Below are positions 19,361 through 30,394 of a stretch of 64,000 nt of DNA, in pieces (position 1 is the first letter of the stretch; every line of letters starts with the position of its first letter). The DNA is taken from positions 1 through 64,000 of the IMG/VR virus record IMGVR_UViG_3300035670_000113, one strand, 5' to 3'. The notes below the pieces were generated by a model. It worked only from the letters and a program-made list of their open reading frames with translations. It ran no database searches and was not told the origin of the DNA. Origin of the DNA: a virus. The position numbers were made by a program, and so were the translations under genes.

Positions 19361-20960
19361 GGAGATACAAATGAAAACTGATAATACTGAAATTGAGGTT
19401 GGACAGAAGATGTATGCATGTGTAGAAGCTGGAACTACACTAAATCTACTTTTAGAAGACCTATCCTGTGGACATGTTGAGCTTTATCGAAATCCAGAGG
19501 ATGCTGTAGAATCCGAATCTATCTTAGAAGTAGGGAGGAATCTATTGAATCCAGAGGTTGTAGAGATGGAGATCACAAAAATACTGATTCCCCATGTTGA
19601 GACAAGAATCTCTTTTACAGACAAGTAGAAAAAATGAAAACTCGTGTAACTTTTACTGCACAGGAGTACAGAGAAATTGTCAGGGTACTGGCAGGAGCCT
19701 GTGTGGTCAATCAAGAGTACATTAATGCAAATAGAAAAGAAGACTCAGATCATCCTATTGACAGGAAAAACTGTCCAGTAGCACAAAAAATGATCTTTAA
19801 TGGTCTCTTGTGGGCTCCTACTGAACTACTCTCTGATATTGAAAATGAAATTGGAAAGATGATGGGAGAGTTCAGGGCAGAAGTTTTGGATAACTCAGAT
19901 GACTTTTGATTGGAAAAGAGGATAAAATGGATATTTCAGGCATATATGAAACAGACCTGGAAGTTGTGAGAGAAGCGGCAGTTAGATCAGTTATGCTAGA
20001 GCTTTCCAACGATACAGATCCCTGTCAGCATGATATGTTTACGTTCTGTCCCAGTGCTCTTTGTAGAGTCATATCGCTCTTCAATATTTATCCTATGGAT
20101 CTATACCAGAGAATTCTTGGTTATGTACCACTGGAAGAAATGCAATCTTTGGAGGAATACTGGAGGCACTTTATCAATCATCTTGTCAGAGATCCTAATG
20201 ATTTTCAAGTAAGAAATTAACAGTATTTCCATCCCAGAGTATTTGGAACGGTATCTATTTACAAATACACTAACTCGTATCTTACATTTGGTGAGGTAGA
20301 TGACCTGGATTACATCTCCTCAGGTACGTTCAGCAGTAAATTAAGGAGTGCAAAAAACTTATTGAGGGAGATTGCTAAGGAGAAAAGGAAAAATGATTAA
20401 TATCTTTTTCATGGTATATAGTATTTTAGCACGAGTTGCTGATAAAAAATACATTCTTATGTCTCTCAGATTCGCAAGTATTGAGCTACTTGCAGATCTC
20501 ATGCTAATTTTTGTACTTGTTAATATTAACTAAAAAGGATATATCATGCCTCTAAATACAGATACATTTAATGCTTTCTTGGATAAGTTTATGGAAACTC
20601 CTGGAGCTAAATTCCAGACTCTTTTTCAAGAGTTCTTTGGAAAAGTAGATGGGATCTCCACTGAAGAAGAATCCTTCAGTGATCTTGTGGAGATGATCAA
20701 GTGGTTCATAGAAAATTTGGAGGAAAAAATGTAAAATTAAACCATAAAATAAAAACAAACCGATCAAACCAGACTCACTAAAAGGAGAAAAATGAACAGA
20801 GAATATGAGGTTGCTTTCGTTTTACGTGGCAATATTGACATTGTCACAGAAAAGATCCAGGAGTTTCTTAAGAAACTCCATGCAGACGGGGTGATTGAAG
20901 AGGAAGTGGGATGTGTCTGCTTCCTTGACACTGAACTTGATGCTGAAATGGAGGCTGAAG

Positions 20961-21215
20961 ATGCTTAATATCCCCAATAATGGAAAGGATCTCGCAAGCT
21001 TCTTTAAGAAGAGGGGTGCAAGTACCTCTCCAGGGCCTGGAGGTACTACAAAGATCAGTGTAGGAAACTCCCACATGGTTGTTTCCAGCACATCAAAACA
21101 GCTGGATAAGGGAACTCTCCACCGAGTGATCAAATGGGCAAAAGCAGTCGGTCTACTGGTGGTCCTCATCATGTTGAAAGATCCATTGATGAACCTCTTG
21201 ACATCCCTAATGTAG
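20961..21215 (+). CDS. HicA-fold-like protein with C-terminal hydrophobic helix
   Basis: GGAGG RBS; KDLASFFKKRG...LDKGTLHRVIK resembles HicA, but the GSH catalytic position is not conserved. Confidence 0.35.
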   Translation: MLNIPNNGKDLASFFKKRGASTSPGPGGTTKISVGNSHMVVSSTSKQLDKGTLHRVIKWAKAVGLLVVLIMLKDPLMNLLTSLM

Positions 21216-21427
21216 TGACAGAGGGAGGGGAGTTATTTTTAACTCACCTCCCTCAAAGGAGAAAAAATGATCAAGCACTATCAAGGAAAAGATGTGACTT
21301 TTACATCTGAGGGTACAATTGAATCTGGAAAAAGAATCGAGTATGATTTTTCTGGAAAACTTACTCTGGAGGAGATCATTATCAGAGTGGTTATCTGGGT
21401 CACTCCCATCGTCATTATGGTGATGCT

Positions 21428-21733
21428 ATGGAAAATCTAGATCTAGTTTCATGGTATTTAGATATATTCCATAAAGCATATGGATATGGGACTACTCAGA
21501 ATATCTTTCTTTGGTTTTCAGCAGTACATGCTATCAATCTTGTACTGCTGATTCTCCAAACCTTGCTAAACAGGCTTAATAAAAGCCTGTTTCCTCTGAG
21601 TGCTACTATGAAGAATCTCCAATTTTGGGGATTCTTCATGGCAACTGTATGGTTTATTCTAATTGTTGTCTCAGCATATTTTTGGATATGGTGGGATTCC
21701 GTGCTATGCAATTCAGGAGTATACTGCAAATGA
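21428..21733 (+). CDS. Two-TM membrane protein
   Basis: Two long hydrophobic segments. Confidence 0.55.
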   Translation: MENLDLVSWYLDIFHKAYGYGTTQNIFLWFSAVHAINLVLLILQTLLNRLNKSLFPLSATMKNLQFWGFFMATVWFILIVVSAYFWIWWDSVLCNSGVYCK

Positions 21734-21845
21734 TCACTATTCTTGTTATAGTCATAGGAGTTCCTCTCATTGTATTGGTATTAAATGATATTCTCGATGG
21801 ACGATTTAAAGGAATATCATTTAAAGAGAAGAAAGATGAGGACAA

Positions 21846-22568
21846 ATGAAAATTTTGGACAGAGATACGTATATGGGTGATCACCCTATTTTTGTGTGTC
21901 TAAGCTCTGGGATTATTTTTCCAGCATATCTCTGTAGATACATGGTGATACAAAATAGTACTGGAGAGAGGCTGGGAAGAGTCTTTAGGGGTAAGGAGTT
22001 TTCAAGATTAAAAGTATATGGAGATCTCTTCTATTCGATGAGAAACTCAAATAGAATACATATATCATTAGAAAATAGAGATACTCCTAGTGATATTCCA
22101 CATTATCTATGGAATACATGGAGTAAAAATGTAGCTGATACTGAAAAAAAGCTTAATTTGATGCAGAAACTCCGCTTTTTTCGAGATAATAAAGATACCG
22201 TAAGGATTCTTAAAGAGACCACAAATTTAGAGTCTTTAATAAAAAAAGTGGCAATGTTTGCTCAGTACAAGGGATCTATAAACGAAACAGAAAAAACTCC
22301 TCCAGGTCACAGGAGATCAAGTCAGGATATATATAGGCACATAAGGAGTATTAGAGATGATATACCCCTGAGGGAAGTTATGAGAGTCCTGGCTAATAGT
22401 ACATTAATGCGGAACTACTGCAGTGATGTTGAGAGACTAGTATTCCATCATAACCACTATATGTTACTTAGGGAGCATATTGACTGTTTTGATGAGTTTG
22501 GGGGATTCATCAAAATGTGGGGGTACAAAAAGTTCAGAAAAAATATATTTATGGAGGAAGAAAAATGA
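21846..22568 (+). CDS. Hypothetical protein, paralog family member 1
   Basis: RRSSQDIYRH...CSDVERLVF...DEFGG shared with 23404-24375. Confidence 0.65.
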   Translation: MKILDRDTYMGDHPIFVCLSSGIIFPAYLCRYMVIQNSTGERLGRVFRGKEFSRLKVYGDLFYSMRNSNRIHISLENRDTPSDIPHYLWNTWSKNVADTEKKLNLMQKLRFFRDNKDTVRILKETTNLESLIKKVAMFAQYKGSINETEKTPPGHRRSSQDIYRHIRSIRDDIPLREVMRVLANSTLMRNYCSDVERLVFHHNHYMLLREHIDCFDEFGGFIKMWGYKKFRKNIFMEEEK

Positions 22569-23407
22569 GACAAATAAAAGATCTCGTAAATGTTTCAGAT
22601 GGAGAAGCGGTCATAGCACTTATAAGAGATTCTCTTCTCCTTGCAATAGTATCAAAGGAGCCTGGAGGATTCTATTTATGCCAGGATTACAGGAGTGGCA
22701 TGCCCAGTAGACATAAAAAGGGTATGATGTATTCTTGGTGTGTGGGAGATGGGAGTGAGTATGCACTAAATCGAAATGAGGTTAAGGTGTTTTATGCTGG
22801 ATCTCCAGAGAGTATTAGTAATGAATCTTTAGATTTTGACAGTTTAAACGCTTTGAAGAGTTCCTTTCTCATGTGGAAAAAGAATATGAACAAAATAGAG
22901 GTACATGCAAGGAAATCTCCAATGTTCTTCTTGGCGGATGTACAAGAGAAATTTGAACGAGTAATGAGATCAGATATATCACTGAAAGCAAAAATTGTTG
23001 CTACTATAAACTTCATGCGCTACGGAGTATGTACTGAGAGTTTATCAGGATACTATACAGGCGTAAGGAAGTATGAATTTGATATATCCTTCCTGTATAG
23101 GATCATGGTCACAGTGGATCATGGATTATCTATCATGGATATTATCAAGAATCTTTACAGATTAGATATATCTATGAATGATGGAGACTATGTGGCCCCT
23201 CTGCTAAAGAGGGTATATGAATTCCTTAGAGATGGCACAAGTTTTAGAGAACAACATTTTTGGAAAATGTTGTGTGAGGATACTCTAAGTATTCCTAGTG
23301 GACCTGCTCTATTTGATCTAATCAGAAGTTTAATAAAAAGTCCGGTCGTTGACTATCTAGAACAGTCACGAGAAAGACTTATGACATTAAAAAAAGGAGC
23401 GAAGTGA
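22565..23407 (+). CDS. Hypothetical protein, paralog family member 2
   Basis: GGAGG RBS before ATG 22565; YLCQD..SG..GMMYSWCV shared with 23404-24375. Confidence 0.65.
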   Translation: MRQIKDLVNVSDGEAVIALIRDSLLLAIVSKEPGGFYLCQDYRSGMPSRHKKGMMYSWCVGDGSEYALNRNEVKVFYAGSPESISNESLDFDSLNALKSSFLMWKKNMNKIEVHARKSPMFFLADVQEKFERVMRSDISLKAKIVATINFMRYGVCTESLSGYYTGVRKYEFDISFLYRIMVTVDHGLSIMDIIKNLYRLDISMNDGDYVAPLLKRVYEFLRDGTSFREQHFWKMLCEDTLSIPSGPALFDLIRSLIKSPVVDYLEQSRERLMTLKKGAK

Positions 23408-24375
23408 TGAGAAAAATCCAAGATCTAATTTCCACAAGAAGTGGAGATATTGTTGTGTGTAGTATCTTCAGTAATCTTGGGCTTGCAATCGTTGAAAGAT
23501 CTCCGGAAAACACTAATGCTCATTACCATCTATGCCAAAATATGGTTAGTGGTAATAGACCAGAAAATTTACATGGCATGAATTTTGGGTGGTCAGTTGC
23601 ATATGGAAATGCTTCTAACCTCAGATCCAATTCTACTGTAGTATATTATGTAGTTGATAAAAAGGACTCTTTGGAGAAGATTCTAAGATCTATGGACTTG
23701 TTAAAAGAAGAGCGTGATAAAGAATATCCAGATGTTTTGAGACTATTCAAAAAATGGAAAATTGAGGTTGCCAGAATGGGAGAACATTGGAAAAGAAAAG
23801 GTCATCTCTATTTGCCAGATAAACAACAAAGACTCTTAAAAAGGGTCTGCGAAACGGATTTAACACTTAAATCAAAAGTGTATATGTGTTTATACCTAAC
23901 AAGAGAATTTGGGTCATGGGATATTCCAGAAAAGATCTTCTCATCTAATGATAAAGTACACACTACACCTGCCAGAAGGAGATCTTCTGGAGATATTTAC
24001 AGGCATCTCCTTTCTGTTATGGAAGTGAAACTGGAGGATGTAATTGAGGCAATGTATGGTATTTTAGGGAAAAAAGTATTTGCATCAATCCATCCTTCCT
24101 TTAGAATAACCTGTTCGTTCTGCTCAACTGTTAAAAGGATGGTATTTTATGGTCACATGTCACCAAGTATTCCTACTAAGGGAGTTGATGAGTACAGAGG
24201 AAGCTTACTTTACTGGAAAATAGTAAACTGGACCAATGAGGATGAGATTTACTCATACCTGTTAAAGAATGGAGCTCCAGGAGCATGTAATGATGGTAAC
24301 CCACTAAAATCAATGAGAAATATGATTGAATTATCATACAACTATATCAGAGAAATGGAGAAAACAGCAAAATGA
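23404..24375 (+). CDS. Hypothetical protein, paralog family member 3 (carries both modules)
   Basis: HLCQN..SG..GMNFGWSV and RRSSGDIYRH...CSTVKRMVF...DEYRG. Confidence 0.65.
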   Translation: MMRKIQDLISTRSGDIVVCSIFSNLGLAIVERSPENTNAHYHLCQNMVSGNRPENLHGMNFGWSVAYGNASNLRSNSTVVYYVVDKKDSLEKILRSMDLLKEERDKEYPDVLRLFKKWKIEVARMGEHWKRKGHLYLPDKQQRLLKRVCETDLTLKSKVYMCLYLTREFGSWDIPEKIFSSNDKVHTTPARRRSSGDIYRHLLSVMEVKLEDVIEAMYGILGKKVFASIHPSFRITCSFCSTVKRMVFYGHMSPSIPTKGVDEYRGSLLYWKIVNWTNEDEIYSYLLKNGAPGACNDGNPLKSMRNMIELSYNYIREMEKTAK

Positions 24376-25250
24376 AGAAATTTCTAATACTTATCACTCC
24401 CCTGGGAAAGAAATATGCTGGGATGATCAGCAGATCCATTATTTTCCAGGCGAAGAGGGACGGAGAGGATGTCAAAGTTGACATCTCTACTCCAGGATGT
24501 AATATGGATGGATACTCGTGCATCCATCCCCGTACAGCCTCTCCAAAGGCTGCATGGCTGTCCAATGCTGAGAAACTCCAGACTTTTGGGGTACAAGTAA
24601 TTAACTCTCCTGCCACTGTAAGACTCACATCTGATAAGATGAGATGTTCTGATGTTCTCATCAGAGCGGGTGTATCTCATCCGGATAGTATCTCCTACAC
24701 AAAAGGAGATGTTGCATCTTTCGAGTCGGTACTGGAGTTGCTTAGGGGTGGTTTGGCAATTGCCAAACCTACAACTTCACTCTCTCAGGGACAGCATGTG
24801 ACAAAGTTTGATCTTCCCAATTCCTTTGATGAGTTTGAGAGGCTTGTAAATGGAGTTCCTGGAAAGCAAATTGTAGTACAAAGGTTTGTTCAGTACACAG
24901 GAATTCACAGAGTAATTGTAATTGGAGGAGTTCCAAAGAACTTTACTTTTGTTGACAGAGTTTCTTTCCATCCAGAACAGTGGAAGGTCTCGGTGTGTCT
25001 ATCCAAAACAAAGAGACTAGTTACTAATCCTCCAAAAGATCTTCTCGATGTTGCTGTAAAAGCACAGATGGCTGTCGGAGGTGACATCAATTTTATTGAT
25101 GTCTTTGAGACACCAGATGGTTATACCATGAGTGAGATTAATACAGCATGTTCTCTGATCAAGCACGAGAAAATGGCAAGAGAAGCCGGAGTAAGGGGGT
25201 GGAATATCCATGCCAGTATTGCAAAACTGTTGTTAAGAAAAACAGCTTAA
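24372..25250 (+). CDS. RimK-like ATP-grasp ligase
   Basis: INS..DK, IAKP..SQG, VQRFV, RVIVIGG, IDVF, SEINT. Confidence 0.8.
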   Translation: MKKFLILITPLGKKYAGMISRSIIFQAKRDGEDVKVDISTPGCNMDGYSCIHPRTASPKAAWLSNAEKLQTFGVQVINSPATVRLTSDKMRCSDVLIRAGVSHPDSISYTKGDVASFESVLELLRGGLAIAKPTTSLSQGQHVTKFDLPNSFDEFERLVNGVPGKQIVVQRFVQYTGIHRVIVIGGVPKNFTFVDRVSFHPEQWKVSVCLSKTKRLVTNPPKDLLDVAVKAQMAVGGDINFIDVFETPDGYTMSEINTACSLIKHEKMAREAGVRGWNIHASIAKLLLRKTA

Positions 25251-25259
25251 GGAGATAAA

Positions 25260-26003
25260 ATGTATACTATCCTGACAAATGTAAATTCTGTATTAAGAAA
25301 AACTGCCAATATCATGGCAGAAGAACTTGGACAAAAGTGGAGAGTGGTTACAAAGCTTTCTGATGGAGTTCCCCCCACTGTAAGATGGGGAACATCCAAA
25401 TCCTGGTTCCAGAAAGATACTGATCTCAACTCTCCATACTGTATAAATACTGCTGGAGTGAAAACGAAATTAGCTGAGGTATTGAGAAATGCTGGAATAT
25501 CTCACGTAGAATTTTTTAATGATACTCCAACGAGATATCCAGTAGTTGTAAGAAAAATGATCAATGTTGGTGGGGGTAGAGGTATCGTAATTGTTAAGAA
25601 TGAGAGTGAATTCCAGCAATATATTGGAAATACATTCTCATATTGGTATGACTTTCAATTCGAGTTGGGAGTTCATGTACTGGATGGTAGAATTGCCAGA
25701 GTTTTTAAGAAGGTGTGGCCAGAAGAATTAACTCCCCAAGAGTTTCCAATCAGGAATACCCAACTTGGTTGGGAGTACAGGTTAAGAAATATTGAAAAAT
25801 ACAAAAAACTCCCACAATTTGTGAGTGGTATTTACAGTGTATTCCCAATAAGGATGTGTAGAATGGATATTGGATGGGATGATACCAATAAAACATACAG
25901 ACTTATTGAGATTAATTCTGCTCCAGATCTGTCTAATAACAGCAACACCAGAGAACTGTACACTAATTTTATTAAGGAGGTGGTAAATGCCATCACCAAT
26001 TAA
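25260..26003 (+). CDS. Phage ATP-grasp amidoligase (phiEco32-like)
   Basis: VRWG, YPVVVR..GGRGI, IRN...GW, MDIGW, IEINSAP. Confidence 0.8.
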   Translation: MYTILTNVNSVLRKTANIMAEELGQKWRVVTKLSDGVPPTVRWGTSKSWFQKDTDLNSPYCINTAGVKTKLAEVLRNAGISHVEFFNDTPTRYPVVVRKMINVGGGRGIVIVKNESEFQQYIGNTFSYWYDFQFELGVHVLDGRIARVFKKVWPEELTPQEFPIRNTQLGWEYRLRNIEKYKKLPQFVSGIYSVFPIRMCRMDIGWDDTNKTYRLIEINSAPDLSNNSNTRELYTNFIKEVVNAITN

Positions 26004-27102
26004 GGTTCTTGATTGGTTGGGAATAGAGCTGGAAACATCTATTCTTTCCAGAGAAGAACTGTCAAAACTTTTGCAGATTGGAATTGGAAAGAACCTGAAA
26101 GAATTTGTACAGGACATTCACAGAGATGCAAGTACAGAAAGTCCAATGTATGAGTTTTCCGGATTGAGATTACTAAGATCCCCGAATGAGGGAGATGTTA
26201 TATCCTTCATGGGAGATACCCTATATGGGCACAGCTCTGTTGTGGGAGGAGAGATTGTATCACAACCACTAACAGAGGAAGAGAAGAATGTATTTCTCCA
26301 CAGAATTATACCCCTTATTTCCAATAATGGGGTATCTGCTGATCCGAGGTCTGCTCTACATTTCCATGTTGGTTTTCCATACTACCATGAGAATATGGTA
26401 AAAGCCCTCATGGTAGCCAGGGTCGTTGATCCTGTCCTATTCAGAATTGCAGGAATGGGGGGTTTTTACAGAGGAGAGATAAACAGCAGTATATTTGCAA
26501 GACCTGTAGGTTCACCTCCAGCAGTAAAAGATATGGATAATAGATGGTGGAAAATGAACCCTCTGCGGGCCGTATCTTCAACTAATTTGGCAGACTTCTG
26601 GAAAATGTATGCGGGTATCTCAGATCTTGAGAGACCCGATAGAAGCTTTCCAATCAGGTATTCAAGTGTTAATCTTTTTTCAGTGCTCGCACACGGGACT
26701 CTGGAATACAGACATTTTAATAGTACAAATATTCCTGTATTTGCATCCAATGTTGGAGGCCTGTGTATGCTGATTACTAAGCTGATAGATAGACTCAGCA
26801 TACCTGAAATCAATAATCTGCCAGTTTTGCCTTATATCTTTAATGGTTTTCAGGATAAGGTATTGTTTGACTTGCTGGAGAATCTTATAAAGATGGCCAG
26901 GAGTAAGGGTATTAATACATGTGTGTCATTAGATGTAATAAAAAATATCTTTAAGGTCACACCGCACCCTGTAATACAAATGGGAGACTATAAAACTCAC
27001 TCCAAATACAAATTTAATTCCATGACACCTCAGAAATGTGGTTGGACTGAGTGTAGTCCTCTAGAATCTGGACACATTGATATTCATACATTTGGATTTT
27101 AA
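25987..27102 (+). CDS. Putative amidoligase (COOH-NH2 ligase fold)
   Basis: GIELE, HRDAS, GEIVSQPL, ALHFHVG, RYSSVNL, GTLEYRHFNST. Confidence 0.85.
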   Translation: MPSPIKVLDWLGIELETSILSREELSKLLQIGIGKNLKEFVQDIHRDASTESPMYEFSGLRLLRSPNEGDVISFMGDTLYGHSSVVGGEIVSQPLTEEEKNVFLHRIIPLISNNGVSADPRSALHFHVGFPYYHENMVKALMVARVVDPVLFRIAGMGGFYRGEINSSIFARPVGSPPAVKDMDNRWWKMNPLRAVSSTNLADFWKMYAGISDLERPDRSFPIRYSSVNLFSVLAHGTLEYRHFNSTNIPVFASNVGGLCMLITKLIDRLSIPEINNLPVLPYIFNGFQDKVLFDLLENLIKMARSKGINTCVSLDVIKNIFKVTPHPVIQMGDYKTHSKYKFNSMTPQKCGWTECSPLESGHIDIHTFGF

Positions 27103-27114
27103 TTAGGAGACTAT

Positions 27115-28269
27115 ATGTGTAATCTAATATTCGCTAATTTGGGAGATACCAAGCTTAATATTGCTATAATTGAGATTATAGCATCCATCGGATCTTTGGC
27201 CAGACATGATGACGGGTTTGGTATTTTTTCTCCGGCAACGGGGCTATGGAAAACTGAGCAATCTGCTCATCTGTATAATAAACTGGGAAAAAATGTCTTT
27301 GATATGTTTAATGGTGTTCCAACAGATGGTGGTGTAATGGGACATATTAGAGCAGCATCTCCAAACATTCCCGTAACAGTTGAAAATGCTCACCCATTCG
27401 ATGGAGAGAGATTTGTTCTAGCCCACAATGGGAGGCTATATACGAAAGATGATAAAACACCGGTCGTAGCCAGTGATGAGTCTACAGGTTCTGACTCTTT
27501 GATGTTTCTACACAGGCTGGAAAAGATACCTCTAAAAAAGAATGTATGGAATGGGCTTGTTGATACCATGAGAGAATTTAGAGGTACATTTGCATTTCTA
27601 ATCTATGACAAAAGTAGTGAGGAATTTTACGCAGCAAGAGGTAAGAATAAAAAACTATTTATAGCATTTATTGGAGATAGATATGTGATCACGACAGAAG
27701 AAAATAATCTAAAATTCTCTGTAAATCTTCTGATAAACATGTCCCAAATACTGGGAAAGGATCTCTCAGATGAGACTGTAGATATACAAGAAATTCCAGA
27801 AAACTCTATTCATAGATTGGATAAGAATAGCATTGTACATGTTTCAAAGATTCAGGAGACCGAAGATCCAGTGGTGCAACGGCCTATTACTGTAGGCACA
27901 AAATCTGTGAGTGGAATGAAGGGAATACTGTGGGAAGATCCTGTATCCATTAGTAAGTGGGCTAAAGGTCAAGGTCTACTGCCCAGAGATATGGATGTGA
28001 TATGGAAAGTATTATTTGGACATGGTATTCTCGCTGCAGAGATGTGGGAGATGGACAAATTTATTAACAAAGTAATTCCAAAAATATCTGCGGATAAACG
28101 TGCATTAAAGTTTTGTCATAAACTCAGAATGTTGCCTTTTTACAGGTATTACTACATGAGACACGTATCCAAGAATGAAAAATCTGAATTTCCCTGGAAT
28201 TTGTGGACTCTAAATGAACTAAGAGAGTTCGCAGATAAAGAGGAAAAATCCAAGAAAGTTGGAGACTGA
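27115..28269 (+). CDS. Class II (Ntn) glutamine amidotransferase
   Basis: N-terminal Cys2, DGFG, GHIRAAS, NAHPF, AHNG, SDS. Confidence 0.85.
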   Translation: MCNLIFANLGDTKLNIAIIEIIASIGSLARHDDGFGIFSPATGLWKTEQSAHLYNKLGKNVFDMFNGVPTDGGVMGHIRAASPNIPVTVENAHPFDGERFVLAHNGRLYTKDDKTPVVASDESTGSDSLMFLHRLEKIPLKKNVWNGLVDTMREFRGTFAFLIYDKSSEEFYAARGKNKKLFIAFIGDRYVITTEENNLKFSVNLLINMSQILGKDLSDETVDIQEIPENSIHRLDKNSIVHVSKIQETEDPVVQRPITVGTKSVSGMKGILWEDPVSISKWAKGQGLLPRDMDVIWKVLFGHGILAAEMWEMDKFINKVIPKISADKRALKFCHKLRMLPFYRYYYMRHVSKNEKSEFPWNLWTLNELREFADKEEKSKKVGD

Positions 28270-28270
28270 A

Positions 28271-29053
28271 ATGTATTTTATCGGACAGAGTAGGATAATG
28301 AATGAGCTGTCAGTACTCCTAAAACAGCTGTATAGCTCAAGATCTGGAACTAATATCCTAATCAGAGGACCATCTGGTTGGGGAAAGACACGTATGGCTC
28401 TCGGTATATGTAACTATTTGTCAGGGAGAGATTTCTACATGGCAGTAGGAAGCTACGCTCGAAATGATAAATGGGTACAGTTTATTGACGAGTGCCACCT
28501 AATAAATGATCCAGAATTCATGTATGAAGTTATGGACATGAAAAAGTATGTTATGATATTCTGTACCAATGATGCATCCATACTCAAGGAAGCATTTGTT
28601 AATAGGTGTACATATAGCTTCTATATGGAGCCATACACCGATGAAGAGCTATTTGAAATGGTAGGAAGATCACTGAGGATAAGACTTCTTCCTGAATCTA
28701 TTAAATATTTAATAGATTCAGGAGGTGGAAATCCAAGATTAATTCTAGGATTAGCATCCAGAATTAATACTCTACATGATGGAGGAGTCATAGAAAGTTT
28801 AAGTCATGAGGACTTTGTTAATATTCTCGATAAGTTTATGGGAATTAGGTATAGTTTAAGCCCTGCATGTACCAGGTACTTAAGTGTTCTTAGAGATATT
28901 GGAGGAACTGCATCACTGGATACAATGGCTTCAATGTTAAGAATGGATAAAAGCACGATAAGGTCTGAGATAGAGCCTGTATTACTGTACAAAAATTTGA
29001 TAACCATCTCCAGTAAAGGAAGGAAGATAAAAAATGACAACTACACTGACTAA
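28271..29053 (+). CDS. RuvB-like AAA+ ATPase with C-terminal winged helix
   Basis: FIGQ, GPSGWGKT, FIDECH, GNPR, IEPVLL...KGR; GGAG RBS before ATG 28271. Confidence 0.75.
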   Translation: MYFIGQSRIMNELSVLLKQLYSSRSGTNILIRGPSGWGKTRMALGICNYLSGRDFYMAVGSYARNDKWVQFIDECHLINDPEFMYEVMDMKKYVMIFCTNDASILKEAFVNRCTYSFYMEPYTDEELFEMVGRSLRIRLLPESIKYLIDSGGGNPRLILGLASRINTLHDGGVIESLSHEDFVNILDKFMGIRYSLSPACTRYLSVLRDIGGTASLDTMASMLRMDKSTIRSEIEPVLLYKNLITISSKGRKIKNDNYTD

Positions 29054-29996
29054 AGTAGTGAGAACAAGTGACGATGTGTTTGTTTCCAGAACTCTTTATG
29101 AGTTCAAAGCAGATCTAGGAAAAGATGTTAAATTTTGCTATGTACCAGCTACAGACATTGTATTGATTAAAAGAACGTCTCAAACAAATATTGATGTATG
29201 TTTCCTGTATTGCATCCACCACAACCATGCTGATATCTGGACAAAACTGGATGGAGATAAAACTGTAACAAGAATTGCTCAGCTATCTGTCGGAAGTTAC
29301 GCATTTTACTCATTAAGAGATGAGAGGATCATTGATGATAATGACTTCTCAAGATTTATTCGTAAAGCAAAAATAAGTGATGAAAGGCCTCTGCTGGCAT
29401 ATATCATAAAGAGTTCACTAAACTCTGGTATTGACAAAGTATACTTTGTTACACCAACAATCAAAGAAACATACGAAAAATGTATTAGAATGACAGAATC
29501 TCGAAATTTCCTTATCGAAATTGCTATTACTGCTCCTGGACAGAGATTATTTGAAGCCCTCAATGTAGCATCAGGTGATTTTAATGAGTATGACGAGAAT
29601 GATCATGCTCCTGGAGGTGTTACTGCTGACTTGATGATACCTCAAGAGTCTAACATACCAGAATATTTGTCCTATAATAGATTATTAAAGATCAAAAAAC
29701 AAGTATTCCCAGACGCTACTGATAGAGAAGAAAGACCCCTTACTTTATCTGATGCTGTAGAATCTATTGGTATTAACGTTCTGCTGGACTCTCTATATCC
29801 AGATGACCGTGTAGAACTGGAAATAGACATGATGGAGGACTTCTTTAAGAAGGTAACGCTGACGAAGTTTAACAACGGATCTGCCATGTGTGCAGTAACA
29901 TTACAAACACCATCTCATGGTAAGGAGGTATACGATAAAATAGAAAGTTCTCTAGGAACAGATCTTTTCTTCCTGCTTGAAGGAACGGATATTTAG
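29034..29996 (+). CDS. Hypothetical protein in ligase cluster
   Basis: 320-aa ORF overlapping the ATPase stop. Confidence 0.6.
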   Translation: MTTTLTKVVRTSDDVFVSRTLYEFKADLGKDVKFCYVPATDIVLIKRTSQTNIDVCFLYCIHHNHADIWTKLDGDKTVTRIAQLSVGSYAFYSLRDERIIDDNDFSRFIRKAKISDERPLLAYIIKSSLNSGIDKVYFVTPTIKETYEKCIRMTESRNFLIEIAITAPGQRLFEALNVASGDFNEYDENDHAPGGVTADLMIPQESNIPEYLSYNRLLKIKKQVFPDATDREERPLTLSDAVESIGINVLLDSLYPDDRVELEIDMMEDFFKKVTLTKFNNGSAMCAVTLQTPSHGKEVYDKIESSLGTDLFFLLEGTDI

Positions 29997-30013
29997 TTAG
30001 AGAGGAGATAAAA

Positions 30014-30394
30014 ATGCAAGTATTCTGTAGTAAGTGTAAGTGTCCTGTAAAGCTCACTGGAACAATTTCTACTGTTGCAACCATTGTTGGGATCTCTCCA
30101 ACCCCCAGTGGAATGGGTAAAATCACCCTGGGAGAGCGTGGAGAGTTCACCACCGCAGTTACATATAAGTGTTCATCGTGTGGACACAATGATACCATCA
30201 GTAACTCCTACGTGTGTTGCTCTCAGTGCGGAGATCAGTATGAGATCAAGGAGATGTATTGGTCTTATATCACAGGGACCACATGTAGTAAGTGTAAAAC
30301 ATCTGAGACCTTGATAAAAGACTACAGTGATATTCAATCATTCAGATGGCACAGAATGTCCACTATTCTTGGAAAAGGAGATACAAATGAGTAA
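30014..30394 (+). CDS. Multi-zinc-finger protein
   Basis: Four CxxC pairs. Confidence 0.65.
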   Translation: MQVFCSKCKCPVKLTGTISTVATIVGISPTPSGMGKITLGERGEFTTAVTYKCSSCGHNDTISNSYVCCSQCGDQYEIKEMYWSYITGTTCSKCKTSETLIKDYSDIQSFRWHRMSTILGKGDTNE

